Shown piece by piece: positions 11,258-22,762 of a stretch of 64,000 nucleotides of DNA. Within the stretch, counting starts at the first letter, position 1; the number at the start of each line of letters is the position of its first letter. Under the pieces are notes generated by a model that saw nothing but the letters and a program-made list of their open reading frames with translations, was not told the DNA's origin and made no database searches. The position numbers were made by a program, and so were the translations under genes. Origin of the DNA: Hyaloraphidium curvatum SAG 235-1 (Eukaryota; Fungi; Monoblepharomycota); contig JAIVFI010000031.1 of NCBI GenBank assembly GCA_025558095.1, positions 496,001 through 560,000 on the forward strand. The letters are read 5' to 3'.

Positions 11258-14120
11258 ATGGCCGAAACACTGGTCAGCAGCATGCAGCAAAGCGGCATGA
11301 AGCTCGAAATCCCGCCGGTGCCGTCTTTTGGTGCCGTGGCGGCGGGCAAAGGTCTCCCGAACCGGGCCGTCCTCCGACTCCTCGTGGTCGGCCCGCCGCC
11401 CGCACCCACCGGCACAGCGAGCTTACCAAAGCTTTCGCTGCTTCCGGTGGTGCTCGCTCGTGTACGGCCGCCGCCGTCGAGCTCCGCGCGAGTTGGGGCA
11501 AGCTTCGCGGACGGAGCTCCGGTCGTCGTGTCGCCAACGTCGCCGGACTTTTGGCGGTCTCCAACGCCTCCGACGCCATCACCACCTGCCTGCGAGACTG
11601 TCGTCGTCACCCGCCGCCTTGACTCGGGGCTCGTCGACGGCGCTTCACTGCTGCTCGCCACGGGCTTTCCGACTTTCGTCCAAGGCCTTGCCGCCTGCGA
11701 AGTCTCGGAATCAGACCTCGGTCTCTCGCCGTACGGCAACTTCGTGACACCGGTGGCGCCCCCGAAGCCTGGCATGGACAGCTGTGTGCTCGCTGCCTGC
11801 GTTCCGGATCCTGCTTGGATGTCGGCCGCCCTGGCGCGCAGGTGCATCGAGCTGGCCCGTCGGAAGCGGCACTTTTCGAATCCTTACAGGCATCATCGTC
11901 GCGGCGATACGCCCTTCCGCACGAGTCCGGGAACGTCGCCGTTCGGACGCGAGATCCAACCGACGCCCGATCCCGAAGATCAAGAGCCCTGGGCCGCGCT
12001 TGGCTGCCTCACGGACTCGAACGTCGAGTACATGCGGGTGTGGAGGAAAGAGAAGAAGGACAGGACTTCTCCGGGGGTCGAAGGTGGGTTGGTCAAGCTC
12101 TCCGTCTGATTTTTTTCTAACCGTCCTGCAGCCAACTTTCGAATGCTTCCCGACTCCTTTGCGATCGCGGAGCACACGCCCGGAGAAGGTCAAAGCAAGA
12201 ATGGGAGCATGTTCCAGACGCCTGCCGCTGCCGAGGAATGGGAGGTGCGATGCAGCTGGGTGTGTTTCGGGATCGTTCGCTTGATGCTGGATTGTTCCTC
12301 ACGGGAGCCGTCGCAGGACATCCTGGGCCCACTCACGGAGCCCTATTTCCTTCCCCTGCACATTGCTGACCGAAGTCCTCAACCAAGCGTCGACGTTTTG
12401 CACGGGGATGGTCCTCCATGGTCCTCCTCCGCACTTGCTCTTCCGTTCATCTCGGATGATCCCAGCTCCTATCCGGCCGGCATTGTTTCGCTGATCAACT
12501 TGCTCCGCACGCATCGTCAGCTTGAGCTCGACCTGTATCTTGCCATCCCGGCCGTGCAGCGTGCCAATGTCGCCTCAGCATGCGGGGACGTGCTTGAGAC
12601 ACTCGCGTCCGCTCTTGTCATCGATGGCTCCAGCGCATCAGCCAGAACCGCTGGCTATCTGACTCGGATCGCATGTCTTGAGGGGCCGATGCTGCTGGAT
12701 CCTCAGGCGCGAGACGCGACGGAGGAAGAGATGCTGGAGAGGGAAATGCGGGCCGCTGTTTCGTTTCTCGAACTGGCTGGGAAGCTGAGGAGATCCTTGG
12801 GAAGGAAATGGGAAGGGAGCGTTGAGTTGCTCGGTGCGTAATGTTCCGTTTTGCGCTCTCGTTCCCTTCTCACGCTTCTCGTTATTCTCCTTCACTGTAC
12901 TTCGCAGCTCAAGAACTCAGTCAGATCCGCCTGCGGCAACAGGAGATGCGCTTGAGCCCCGCTGTCGAAGGAATCGCGGTAGGCGATTCTGCTCGCGGCG
13001 ACGATGGAAGCGTGGAAAGGGCGGCCGCTTTCAGGCGTTGGCAGTTGAAGAAGGTAGCAACCGCGGCATCTTCTGGTGTCGGAGAAGCTAAAACTTTTGC
13101 CTTTTACAGATCGGCGAGCGCACGCAACAGCGTTGTGCGAGGCTTGTCACTGCTTACTACGCTTCGCTCCGCTCTGGCGCTCCAATCAAGCTCGACGACC
13201 TCACCTTCGAATCGGGACCACCGAGCCCGGGCATGGGCCTGCTCAGCCCCGGTCCGCGCCTCGGGGACTTCGTGGACTACATGGGACAAGCCGCCAAGAC
13301 GGACGAGGTCGCTGGCGGCAAGCAAGTGGCGTTTCATGAGGCCGGGCCCGACATACTGCCTGTTCTGCCGAACTATTGGGTCATGGGCGAGGACGAGATG
13401 CCGCCAAACTTTCCCCAGCGCCCGGAGGAAGAGGGGATGGCGGGGACCGCAATGAAGCTCCCGCACCCGAGCCCCGGATCCGAAATCTCGACGGGCTCAT
13501 CGGGCGCGTCTTCTTCTCCCGCAATCTCGGCAGCTGCCTCGTCGGACCGCGAGATGCCGCCTCCCCCGCCTGCGAAAGACCCCCGATCGCCGATCACGGT
13601 CAAGCGCCTCTCGGAACTCCTCTTCAGAAGCTCCCCTGCAGCGAGCAGCAAGTCGGTTGGCTTCCCATCTGCAGAGGCCGAGGATGTTGCAGCGAGCAAG
13701 CCCAAGCGCCGTCCCCCGCCGCGATCGGAAGCCTTCAGCGCGTTGCTCCGCTCCCTGTCGAACCCGGCGCCTTCGCTGCCGAGCCCGGGCACCCTCATTG
13801 CGACCGCCAAGACTCCGTCTGCGTCCGAGCTCCCGGCTCTCGCAGGGCAAGTCGGGCGGCTGCATGCGGAGCGGCGCGGGGAGATGGGCATGCGCACGCC
13901 TTTCGTCGACATGTCGAAGGCCACCGAAGACGAGGAAGAGGATGAGGAGCAGACTGGCGGAGAAGAGAGGGCGAAGAGCGAGCGTGGGCGACCTGGATTC
14001 CCTGGTGCGGGGGGGCGGGCTGTCGGTGAAAGGGTCAAAGTGGAGAGGGGAGGCCTGAGGGCTGGAGCGAAGGCGCTTTTCGGGCTCGGAGGCGGCGGCA
14101 AGAAGGGTGCGGGAAAGTGA
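11258..14120 (+). CDS. Hypothetical protein, 5 exons, with disordered Ser/Pro-rich C-terminus
   Basis: ORFs at 11258, 12143, 12841 and 13233 join in frame through four GT-AG introns (junctions ..EANFRML.., ..EEWEDILG.., ..LAQELSQ.., ..LKKIGERT..). No family recognised. Confidence 0.65.
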
Positions 14121-14627
14121 AAATGGGTGTCTTTTGGTTATGATCGTTCTACTTTCTTTCGCGACGGAGTTGCTGGTGTACGTCTGTCTGTAGCCTTCTC
14201 TCCTTCCCATCGATCGCGCCCGCCAATCTTAGCTCGTTTGATCGCAATGCAAAGTGAAATGCAAAGAGAGTCTGCTCATTACCATGGGACATGAGCACGG
14301 GATGCTGTTAACCGCACAGTTGTTCCGGAGGCTCGCGCAGAGTACGGCGGGGCTTGGTCGGGGCACAGCGCCATTTCCCGAACGCAACGCCGCCGACGGA
14401 TTGCCAGGCCGCGCGGTCTCGAAAGGCACGGAGATTGTGTCAGACAAGGCGCTCGGAAGTACTCCGGGCATCTGCTCTCGGCCGCTGCCGCACATCGAAG
14501 GTCGGCGGCGAGTTCCTGTCGACCCTGTGAATCACCCCCGGGGCCCGTGGGATCCCCATCGCCGTCGGAACTGCACTCCGGAGCACCTTTTCGGCATCTG
14601 TCTTGCTCGAACTTTATCGTCCGTGCC

Positions 14628-15532
14628 ATGGACTCCAGTTCCGGGCCGTGGGCGGCGACGGACCGCCCTCCCGTTTCCCGAAGGCCGCGCGCCCTCGGAT
14701 CTATTCTCCCGGCCGCCAACGGCGCCGCGTTCCTCCTCGCCACGCTGTACATGCTCACGTCGGTGGCGGCGCAACCCATTTCGTCCCCCGAGGCGCCTGC
14801 AGCGACAAGCACCACTTCGACCTCGACCCTGCCGCCATCTCCGACGGCAACGCAGTCGCAAACGCCCATCCCGACCATGACGAGGACCTCTTTCGCTTGC
14901 AACACGATTTGTGGGTTTTCTTGTCCTTGTTGCGGGCTCATCGGGATACGCAGGCTCGTCCCGGATCTCGGGAAAGCTGCGATCCCATTGCGCCTTATCT
15001 TCGCCTGATCTTTCGAGCTGACCTTCCTCCCTTCGCAGTCTGCGGCTACAGCATCTACTACTATCTGGTGTTCTTCCTCGTCTTCTTCTGCCTCTCCATC
15101 CCGTGCGGCCTCCTCGTGCGCCGGCGGGCCAACCAGCTCCAGCGCGAGGCGGCCGCCCGGCGCGAGGCCGAGCGGGCGAGCTACGCCGGTACCCAGGGAT
15201 ACTGGGAGCTCCAGCGCCGGGACGACGGCGCGGAGGAGCCGCTGCCGATGTACGTGGCCGAGGATCCCTGGAAGGCGCCGAACCCGGATGCGGGGAACGG
15301 CGCCCCCGTGGATCCGCCGCCGCCGGCGGATGCGGGCGGCGAGCAGCCGGGACAATCTTCTTCGACGGTGGGCGCGGATGTGCCGCCCCCGCCTGCGGAC
15401 TATTCGGACATGATGAGGCGGCCCGCGGGTCCTTCGGTGGCTTTCCCGGCGCCCAGCGTGGTTAGCAGCGGGTCGCCGCCCGTCGGGCGGATAACGGTGC
15501 CCGATGCACCTCCGCCGGCGTACACAGGATAG
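14628..15532 (+). CDS. Single-pass type I membrane protein with cytosolic PY motifs (Rsp5/Nedd4 adaptor-like)
   Basis: Signal-like segment, Ser/Thr-rich ectodomain, intron 14911-15038, TM (IYYYLVFFLVFFCLSIPCGLLV) followed by RRR. Tail carries LPMY, PPADY and terminal PPPAY. Confidence 0.7.
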
Positions 15533-15811
15533 CGGACGGACGATGGTGGAGCTGATGAAGCATGATTGTTCGATTATCACTCAATTTTGATCAAGGAATG
15601 GTGGTCAGGAAAGTGAAACTTGAGCTCCAGCCCGACCCGATATGTCCTTCCTGCAGAGGATCACGTTCGATCTCGGCCGTCCGTGCAGTGTTGCCGATCA
15701 GGAGGGGATACGCCGGCGCAGAGCTGCGCCCCGACTCATCAGGGTCGAAACAGTCGCGGTACCGAATCATGAGCGCCTGAGGGCTGAATGAGCAACAAAC
15801 GGTCATTGTCG

Positions 15812-16654
15812 ATGCCATGCCGTAGCGGATACCGCGTCCGCCGGGGTTTACTGCCCTTGGCGCTTCTCCTGGTCGCCTTCATGCTCCCTGGAGCGTCTGC
15901 CTCTTTCCTGCTCCTCGTTCGCCAATGGGGCCCAACTTTCTGCTCAGGCACGCGGTGCAGCGTTGATCCTCCTTCCCGCTTCACGCTGCATGGTCTCTGG
16001 CCGCAGCGCGACGACGGGACGTATCCCAGTTTCTGCTCGAACGGAAAGTTCGACGCCAACGCGCTGCCGTCGAGCCTGAGGACCAGGATGTCGTGCGAGT
16101 GGCCCTCCTTTACCGGGACATCGGAATCGTTCTGGGGCCGGGAATGGAAGAAGCATGGGACGTGCGCGCCCGATCTGTTTGCTTCGGCTGAGGACTACTT
16201 TCGGAAGACCCTCGAGTTGAACGCGGGCTACAGGGTCGAGGCGGCCCTCGAGCTGGCAAGCATTGAACCGGAAGGCTCCGTGTCTCGGGCAAAGCTCGCG
16301 GATGCCTTGGATGGCCGGTTCGGAGCCAAGAATGCTCTGAAGTGCCGAGGCAGGCAACTATCGGAGATTTGGACGTGTATCGACCCGGAGACGATGTCGG
16401 CCATGGACTGCCCGGCGGATATGCGGACGGGCTGTCCGTCGGAGGTCCGATTTCCTGACGGCGGTGAGACAGAGGAGGCGTGCGAGGTGTTTTTCGACGC
16501 GCCGACGGAAACGACTCGGACACCGGCCGCGACGCAAACGCAAACGCGGCCGATGCCGATTTCCCGGACGCCGACGGGCGACGTCGATCGGCTTGACGTG
16601 CCGGTCGCCCTGATGGCTGCTGGAACGCTGATGGCTGTTGGGCTCGCAGAATGA
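15812..16654 (+). CDS. Secreted ribonuclease T2 with Thr-rich linker and hydrophobic C-terminal tail
   Basis: Signal peptide, QWGPTFC, CAS I FTLHGLWP, CAS II FWGREWKKHGTC, LSEIWTCID. Intronless. Confidence 0.92.
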   Translation: MPCRSGYRVRRGLLPLALLLVAFMLPGASASFLLLVRQWGPTFCSGTRCSVDPPSRFTLHGLWPQRDDGTYPSFCSNGKFDANALPSSLRTRMSCEWPSFTGTSESFWGREWKKHGTCAPDLFASAEDYFRKTLELNAGYRVEAALELASIEPEGSVSRAKLADALDGRFGAKNALKCRGRQLSEIWTCIDPETMSAMDCPADMRTGCPSEVRFPDGGETEEACEVFFDAPTETTRTPAATQTQTRPMPISRTPTGDVDRLDVPVALMAAGTLMAVGLAE

Positions 16655-16888
16655 TCCGCTCGATCGATGCTTCACCATTACCCTCGAGGCGACATCAATA
16701 CCCTCCTTTAGTTTTGATTGCCTATGTACTGATCACTGATTCGTCATTATCGTTGGCAACTGGCAAGGATCTCGCTGGTCGTTGCGCAAGCCAGCAGCAA
16801 TCGGGTGGAGCGGGGCCTGGGGCAACGTGTCGATCCTCCACCACTTTCGGCCACCCCGCACACCCCCGCGCCCGCCGCCGCCGCCGCC

Positions 16889-18250
16889 ATGTCCGCGCCG
16901 TCCGCCTCCGCCGCGTCCGCGCCGCCGCGCGCGCCGGTCTACGTGTTCGGCTTCGACGTCGCGCCGCACATCGAGAAGCTGCCGCCCGCGCTGCGGCCCG
17001 CCGCGCAGACCGCGCTCACCGCGCAGTTCGCGTGGTTCGTCGGCCATCTGCTGACGGGTGCGTGGCCGAAGGCCCCCGCCCCCGCCCTCCGCGCCTGACA
17101 CCCGCCATTTAAGTCGTGCAGACGCTGCTCTTCATCGTCTTCCGCCGCAACTCGCCGGCCGGCGCGAGCTCCTTCCGCTGGGCGCTGCTCGGCACCGTGC
17201 TGTCGTACGCCATCGTGCTCTACAAGGCCCACGTGAGCGGGTACATGCGCGGCCTGTCGCAGGGCAACGTGCGCGACGCCCGCCAGGTCTTCGAGGCCCT
17301 GGTCAAGGATGAGAACGCCCAGTACGGAATGCTGGCCGTCGCGTGGCTCTGGAACCCGGCATACACGCGTGAGTATCGCATCGGAGTGCGAGTGGGCGGG
17401 GTTGGCGCCGGAGACGGCGGGCGCGATCCGTGGTACCGGGGCACGTGATCCCACCATCGGGGCCCTTTTCGGCGCGATTCGTTGCCGAGAGCTTGTTGCT
17501 TTCGGGCATTCGTCCTTTCTGGGCGGGGAGCGCGGCGAGATCTTGGCAGATCCGTGGCCGCCGTGCGCGGAATCAACCCTTGAAGAGATTAATCGTCTCG
17601 GTGATTTTACGGGCGTGGGAAGAAGGCACATGTGTCGCTTTCCTTCTTTCTGGATCTTGATCTTTGCCCCTTACACCACCTTTTCTTGGTTCTAACCATT
17701 TTCGTTCCTCTTCCCATGGCATCCTTATTTGCTCTCAACCTTCACGCTCTCGAACTCCGACCACCTAGCCCTCTTGATCCCCTACCTCACCTTCTCCCTC
17801 TTCCACGTGGCCACCTACACCCACAAGTCGCTGGTCAAGCTCCTCCCGGCCTCCCTGCACTCGCTCGCCCCCCCGCTCAAGTCGTTCGTCGACAACTACC
17901 AGCAGCCCGCGCTCAACTACGTCGCCTACTACGAGGCCGCGGTGCTCCCCCTCGCCCTGCTCATCGGCATCTTCCCGCGCTGGGTGCGCATCCTGTCCCC
18001 GCTGGTCTACGGCCAGTTCCTCCTGCAGCGCTACCGCACCAGCGGCACCACCAAGCGCGCCTTCAGGAGCCTCAGGCTGACGGCGGACAAGTACCTGGAC
18101 GTGCCGACGGTGCCGCAGGGCGCGAGGAACGCGTACCTGGCCGTCAGGAGCGCGCTCGAGAAGCTGGGCGGGCCGAGGGCCGCCGAGACGCCGCAGGGGG
18201 CGACGAGCGAGGGGCCTGCGGCCTCCGCGGGGGCGGACAAGTCGCAGTGA
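16889..18250 (+). CDS. POM33: Pom33/Per33/TMEM33 (UPF0121) ER and nuclear-pore membrane protein
   Basis: QFAWFVGHLLT, SYAIVLYKA, DENAQY, LIPYLTFSLFHVATY and YGQFLLQRY match the family. Two introns. Confidence 0.85.
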
Positions 18251-18487
18251 GCGGGGCCAAGCATCTTGGGGAATGGCTGTGGATCAAATGGATGTGCTGT
18301 AGACGTAGCATCGAAGGTTCTTGCCTTGACAAGAGATGCCATCAAGTTCTCATCGTGCGACGGTAGCTTTGTCTATCCAATTCCAACCAAAACATGTCAG
18401 CTTCTATGTGGGGCAAGATTGTACCGATTCTGTCGTTTGGGAATGTCGTCGAGTCAATATGTACAACCGGACGAATCCGGTCCGGTA

Positions 18488-19546
18488 TCAGGCCGAGTAC
18501 GCCGGAAGCCCGCTCAGGGTCTGGTCGCCGTCCAGCATGGCCACATCATACGTCGGAAGGCCGAACTCAGGGGTCGAGAATCCAAAGTCCATGTGCGCGT
18601 TCGCAATCTCCCACGTGAAGGGAAGGTGTCCGAAGTTGAACGCCAGGATTGCGCGCCCCGTTGCACCGCAGGCCACGTGCAGCTGCTTCGACATCAGCGG
18701 CGAGTACCTGCCGACGACCGCAGCATCCAGCGTCTGGGCGCGGCCGAATCCGTCGGCGGCGATGAGCACCCCCTCGCGCGTGAAAAAGACGCCGGCCGGG
18801 CAGCCGTTGGCGTCCAGCGATACGCCGCAGCCGATCGTCGCACCCGCCCTGCCCGGTGCGTACGGCGCGGACCACTTGGATCCGGAACCGTTGATGTGCA
18901 GGAAGCCGTCGTCGCCGGTGTGGGCGATGGAATTGACCTCGATGCCCGGCAGGCGCATGTACGGGTACGGCTTGGTGGCCAGGCCGACCGAAAGCCGAGT
19001 AAGAGGATGGATCTCGCAGATCGTCACCTCGTAATAGAAGAATCGCGGCTCGCCGGGAATCTTGAACATGGGCATCTCCGAAAGTACGGTCCAGGTGTCC
19101 CGCTCCCTTTCGGCCGTGCGCTGCACGAAGGGAAACCGCAAGATTTGATGCTTGTAGAAGCCCTCCGAACCAGGAGGAGCGTCCTCGTCCGGCCCGACGT
19201 GCATCACCACGGGATCATGACGATTCTCCTGATCCCGCGGCGCAACGCCCTCGAACGACCACGCCGACCCGATGCTCGCGTCGTTCATGTTCGTGATTTT
19301 CGCCATCACGACCGGTTCCAGGGGCCACGGCGCGCCGGCAGAATGCGGCGACGCGCCGTGTGAGGCGTAGAACATTCGTGCCGAGTCAATCGCGCGGCGC
19401 TCGGCGCGCTCGTCCAGCAGCACGAGCTCCCGCTCGCGGTCCGGGGGGGTCGTCGGCGACCGCGAGAGGCCCCTGGTCGGCGCGTTAACCGGCGGCGTCT
19501 TGACGCGTCCGAGGCTCGGCAGGCTGATGGTGCGGAAGAAGCTCAT
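18488..19546 (-). CDS. Ssh4/Ear1-like SPRY-domain protein with C-terminal PY motifs
   Basis: FYYEVTI, SVGLATKPYPYMRLPG, SIAHTGDDG, TIGCG and VFFTREG. C-terminal LPTY and LPAY. Confidence 0.85.
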   Translation of the reverse strand: MSFFRTISLPSLGRVKTPPVNAPTRGLSRSPTTPPDRERELVLLDERAERRAIDSARMFYASHGASPHSAGAPWPLEPVVMAKITNMNDASIGSAWSFEGVAPRDQENRHDPVVMHVGPDEDAPPGSEGFYKHQILRFPFVQRTAERERDTWTVLSEMPMFKIPGEPRFFYYEVTICEIHPLTRLSVGLATKPYPYMRLPGIEVNSIAHTGDDGFLHINGSGSKWSAPYAPGRAGATIGCGVSLDANGCPAGVFFTREGVLIAADGFGRAQTLDAAVVGRYSPLMSKQLHVACGATGRAILAFNFGHLPFTWEIANAHMDFGFSTPEFGLPTYDVAMLDGDQTLSGLPAYSA

Positions 19547-19858
19547 CGCGATTTCGGAGCCGCGCCGCGCGGAGCGCCCGCGGCAACCTGCTTCGCGAAG
19601 AATGAGGAATATGGCGCACCGATAGCGGGCGGCTGAACTCACTCACCCCGTGGCAAACACATGACATGATCTCATCGCCGACGATTCACGGAGCAAGCCG
19701 GCAATGTCTTTCTCTTAAGAAAATCGCTTGGAGATCTTTGATTGTCTGCTGCGGCCTGTTTCTAGCCACCCGGTCACCCTACAGGGGAAAGCCTCAATTA
19801 CTGTATCACCATCGAAACAGTTCAAACACATCAATAGCTACATCGGATTAAGTCGAGC

Positions 19859-21268
19859 CTAAGGGGAGCCACGGGAGTCAGGCGACGCCGGTGTGCCGCT
19901 GAATGTCGCGGAAGAAGGCGAGCTCGTCAGCAGCTCATCCACCAGTTGAAGGAGCCGCTCGTGGCGGCCATACAGCTCCCTGTATGCCATCGCCAATGTT
20001 GCAGTGCCTTCCTCGAAGCTGATAGGGTCCGGAAGCTGCGCTGAATGTGGACCAAGCTCCCCATCCCTCCTCTTCTTCGTCGCCGGAACGAGCATGCCAG
20101 GAGAGATCGGAGAGCGTGGATGCTTCGAACCACATGCGGCAAGAGGCGCAGTGTCCACCGGCATTACTGCCGTCGTCGCGCCTGAAGGCGTTGGAGATGG
20201 CGGACCAAACAGTTCGGGCTCGGGAAGACCGAGCGAACCAACGGCGATGTTAAGGCCATCCTGATACGCCGCCCTTTCGATATCCGACGGCTCTGAAAGC
20301 GTGTCTCTGGAAGACACTGGCGGTGTTTCAGCTCTCGGCCGCCGATTTTCAAGCTCCACGGTTACGTCCGATCGGTCCGTCTTTGTCTGCGCCGGAGGCT
20401 CCTCAGACGAATCGTGCCATTCGCCACCAGTCCGTTCGTCTTCGCCGTGCGACGAAGACGGTAATCCGGCAATAAGGCTAAAGTCCTTGAGTGGCACCGG
20501 GCCCGTGGTGTCCACAGTGACCTCGCGTAGAGGCGCTGCGGGTGCTGAAGACGGGTGGTGAAACCAACGCACCGCTGCCTCCCAAGATTCTCGGTACTCC
20601 TCGACCTCGTCGAGGTCCTCAAGTATAAAGTGTTCGCCGGGACCACACAAGGGCTCAAGGGTGAGGATGCGGGGGTCGATTGGATAGGCGGCCTGCAGTT
20701 TGGACGGAGCCTCGCTCTCCACCGATGGCAATAGCGTCGTACATCTAGCCAGGGTAGGAGGAGTCAGCACGGCAGGCTGTCGTAAACCTTTCTCGGCTCA
20801 GAAGTACCTCGTGTCCTTCTCCCTAACAAGGAGCTCCACCGTTATTCTGGGCTTTTCAGGGAGGTCCTCCACCTTTGTCACGACAGCAGGATAGAAGGCC
20901 TTGGTCCCTGTTTCCCCGGGGCGACGAACCATGTAGAAGAACTTCAGACTGTTGTCGCGAGCGAAAAGACGCTGAGCACGTCGATGCGCTGGCACAAGGA
21001 GGTCCAATGCGGTACGGTCCAAGCGTGTGAGTTGCTTGTCAGGTACAACGGGTTGGAGGAGGAAGGTGGAAGGGTGGGGGACCGCGAGGTGGTCCTCGTC
21101 GAACGGAACTCGAATGGTTCGGGCGTGCCGGAAGAAGTACACGTTGGCGGCCTCGCCATTATCCAGGATCCGTTCCAGCACTCCGAACGAAGGGCCGAAC
21201 TTGTCAACACGCGCGATGACGATGTCGTTCGGCTTCAAGCCGGGTTCGGACCGCAAAGGGGCCGCCAT
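19859..21268 (-). CDS. Hypothetical protein with Tudor/PWWP-like N-terminal beta domains and disordered C-terminus
   Basis: Two ORFs join in frame through an intron at ~20746-20807 (..DTR|CTTLL..). PNDIVIARV..ANVYFF and FYPAVVTKV resemble Royal-family barrels. TKKRR is NLS-like. Confidence 0.55.
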
Positions 21269-21460
21269 CGGAAGGTCCGCGCACACGAAACACGACTCAG
21301 AGCATCAGCCGGCGCGCACGTGACGTGAAACTGGGTTGGCGGTCAGGAGAGGCCCGGAAGCTCCGGCGATCCCCCTCTCGTCTTGTTTGTGATTGTTTGC
21401 TGACTGATCGGTCGGAGTTCAACGAACGACACTACGCTCCGGGAAACGCACAAAGCACGA

Positions 21461-22762
21461 ATGCCAGCCCAGTACACTTCTTGGGAGTCCTTCTTTGCGG
21501 CCTACCCGGGCGCGACCGAGCTCGAGCTGGGGCGCCACGCCGCGGCCTTCGACAACCCAGCGATCCTCCGGACTTACCTAGAGGCATTGGGGGATGACGG
21601 CGAGCTCTTAGTTCGCCAAGTCAGAGGACGTTACTACGATACAGTGGAGGAACTGGCCCTGGACCGGGACTCGGAGGCGTTCCTTCGGTGGTCGCACGAA
21701 AAGTTCGGGCCCGCGCGGGACATGACGAAGTTCTGCGTCGACGTCTTCCTCGCCGGCAAAGAGAGGATCCTGTCGTGGATCACTTCTGACGAAAATCTTA
21801 GGAGGCACCTTCTGCGCGGCATTGGGCCCGTCGATTTCCGTGCTGTAGCGGTCATGTTCTTCGACTGGCCAGCGGAACATGCCCAGGAAAAGGTGGTCCG
21901 TCTCCTGAATCTCCTTCGGCCGGTTATCGCAGAGATTCCAGGATTCCCTCGCGAAGACGATTGGAGCTTCGTCGGCGACTTGGATCGGGAGAAGAGGCCG
22001 TTCGCTGTGCCGCTGTATCCGTTCGTCGCTGAACGGTATCCCTGGTTGGCCCGAACCTTTGCCGTGGATTGGGGCTTGGGACCCAACCTGCACCGGAAGC
22101 GCATTCTGGGTTACCTGTGCCTGCGAGCCTCCCAGTGGCGCTACGAGACCATCCCAATGGACTTTCTCTGCTGCCTGACAGCACCTTCGATGACGGCCCA
22201 GGATTCTCGCGCGATCATTGTCGAGTACGCTGCCGAGATTGTGCACAGATTCAAGGACGTTCGTTTCTGGAAGCATGCCCTGGACCACGGCTGCTTCTTT
22301 GGTGCCGATCGAGACATCATTCGGGGCCTCCTTTCCTTCCGTGGTGATTTTGATCCGGCCTACGAAGATATCGAATACGCACGCCGAGCTAGCGAAAGCG
22401 TGCGCAGGAACACGTACCGCTCGATCCGCATGCTGCTCGCGTCGGGCCGCGCCCCCATTCCCTCGCATCTCGCAGCTGCAATCAGTCTTGCCGAGGGCGA
22501 CACCTCGATCGCTCCGGGAGCCCCCTTGCAGGGAGCCAGGGGCTTCATCCGGCTGCTCTTGCACTTTGGTGCGGATTTCTTGACCCGGCCCGTCCGACGG
22601 GCGGTTCGCAGTGGTCCTCGTGGGACTGGGGGGAGGCTTGCAGAGGACGTGAAGGAGGTCAGGGCGTGGAGGCGCTGGGGCGAGACCGGTGTGCTGGGTG
22701 GGCTGCCGGCGGAGCTGGTGGAGGTCATTGCGCTGGAGCACTGGGAGGACTGCTGCGTTTAG
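21461..22762 (+). CDS. Intronless hypothetical helical-repeat protein with C-terminal F-box/PRANC-like motif
   Basis: 433-aa ORF with normal protein composition, ankyrin-like fragments (IRMLLASG, IRLLLHFGAD) and terminal LGGLPAELVEVIA. Confidence 0.6.
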   Translation: MPAQYTSWESFFAAYPGATELELGRHAAAFDNPAILRTYLEALGDDGELLVRQVRGRYYDTVEELALDRDSEAFLRWSHEKFGPARDMTKFCVDVFLAGKERILSWITSDENLRRHLLRGIGPVDFRAVAVMFFDWPAEHAQEKVVRLLNLLRPVIAEIPGFPREDDWSFVGDLDREKRPFAVPLYPFVAERYPWLARTFAVDWGLGPNLHRKRILGYLCLRASQWRYETIPMDFLCCLTAPSMTAQDSRAIIVEYAAEIVHRFKDVRFWKHALDHGCFFGADRDIIRGLLSFRGDFDPAYEDIEYARRASESVRRNTYRSIRMLLASGRAPIPSHLAAAISLAEGDTSIAPGAPLQGARGFIRLLLHFGADFLTRPVRRAVRSGPRGTGGRLAEDVKEVRAWRRWGETGVLGGLPAELVEVIALEHWEDCCV

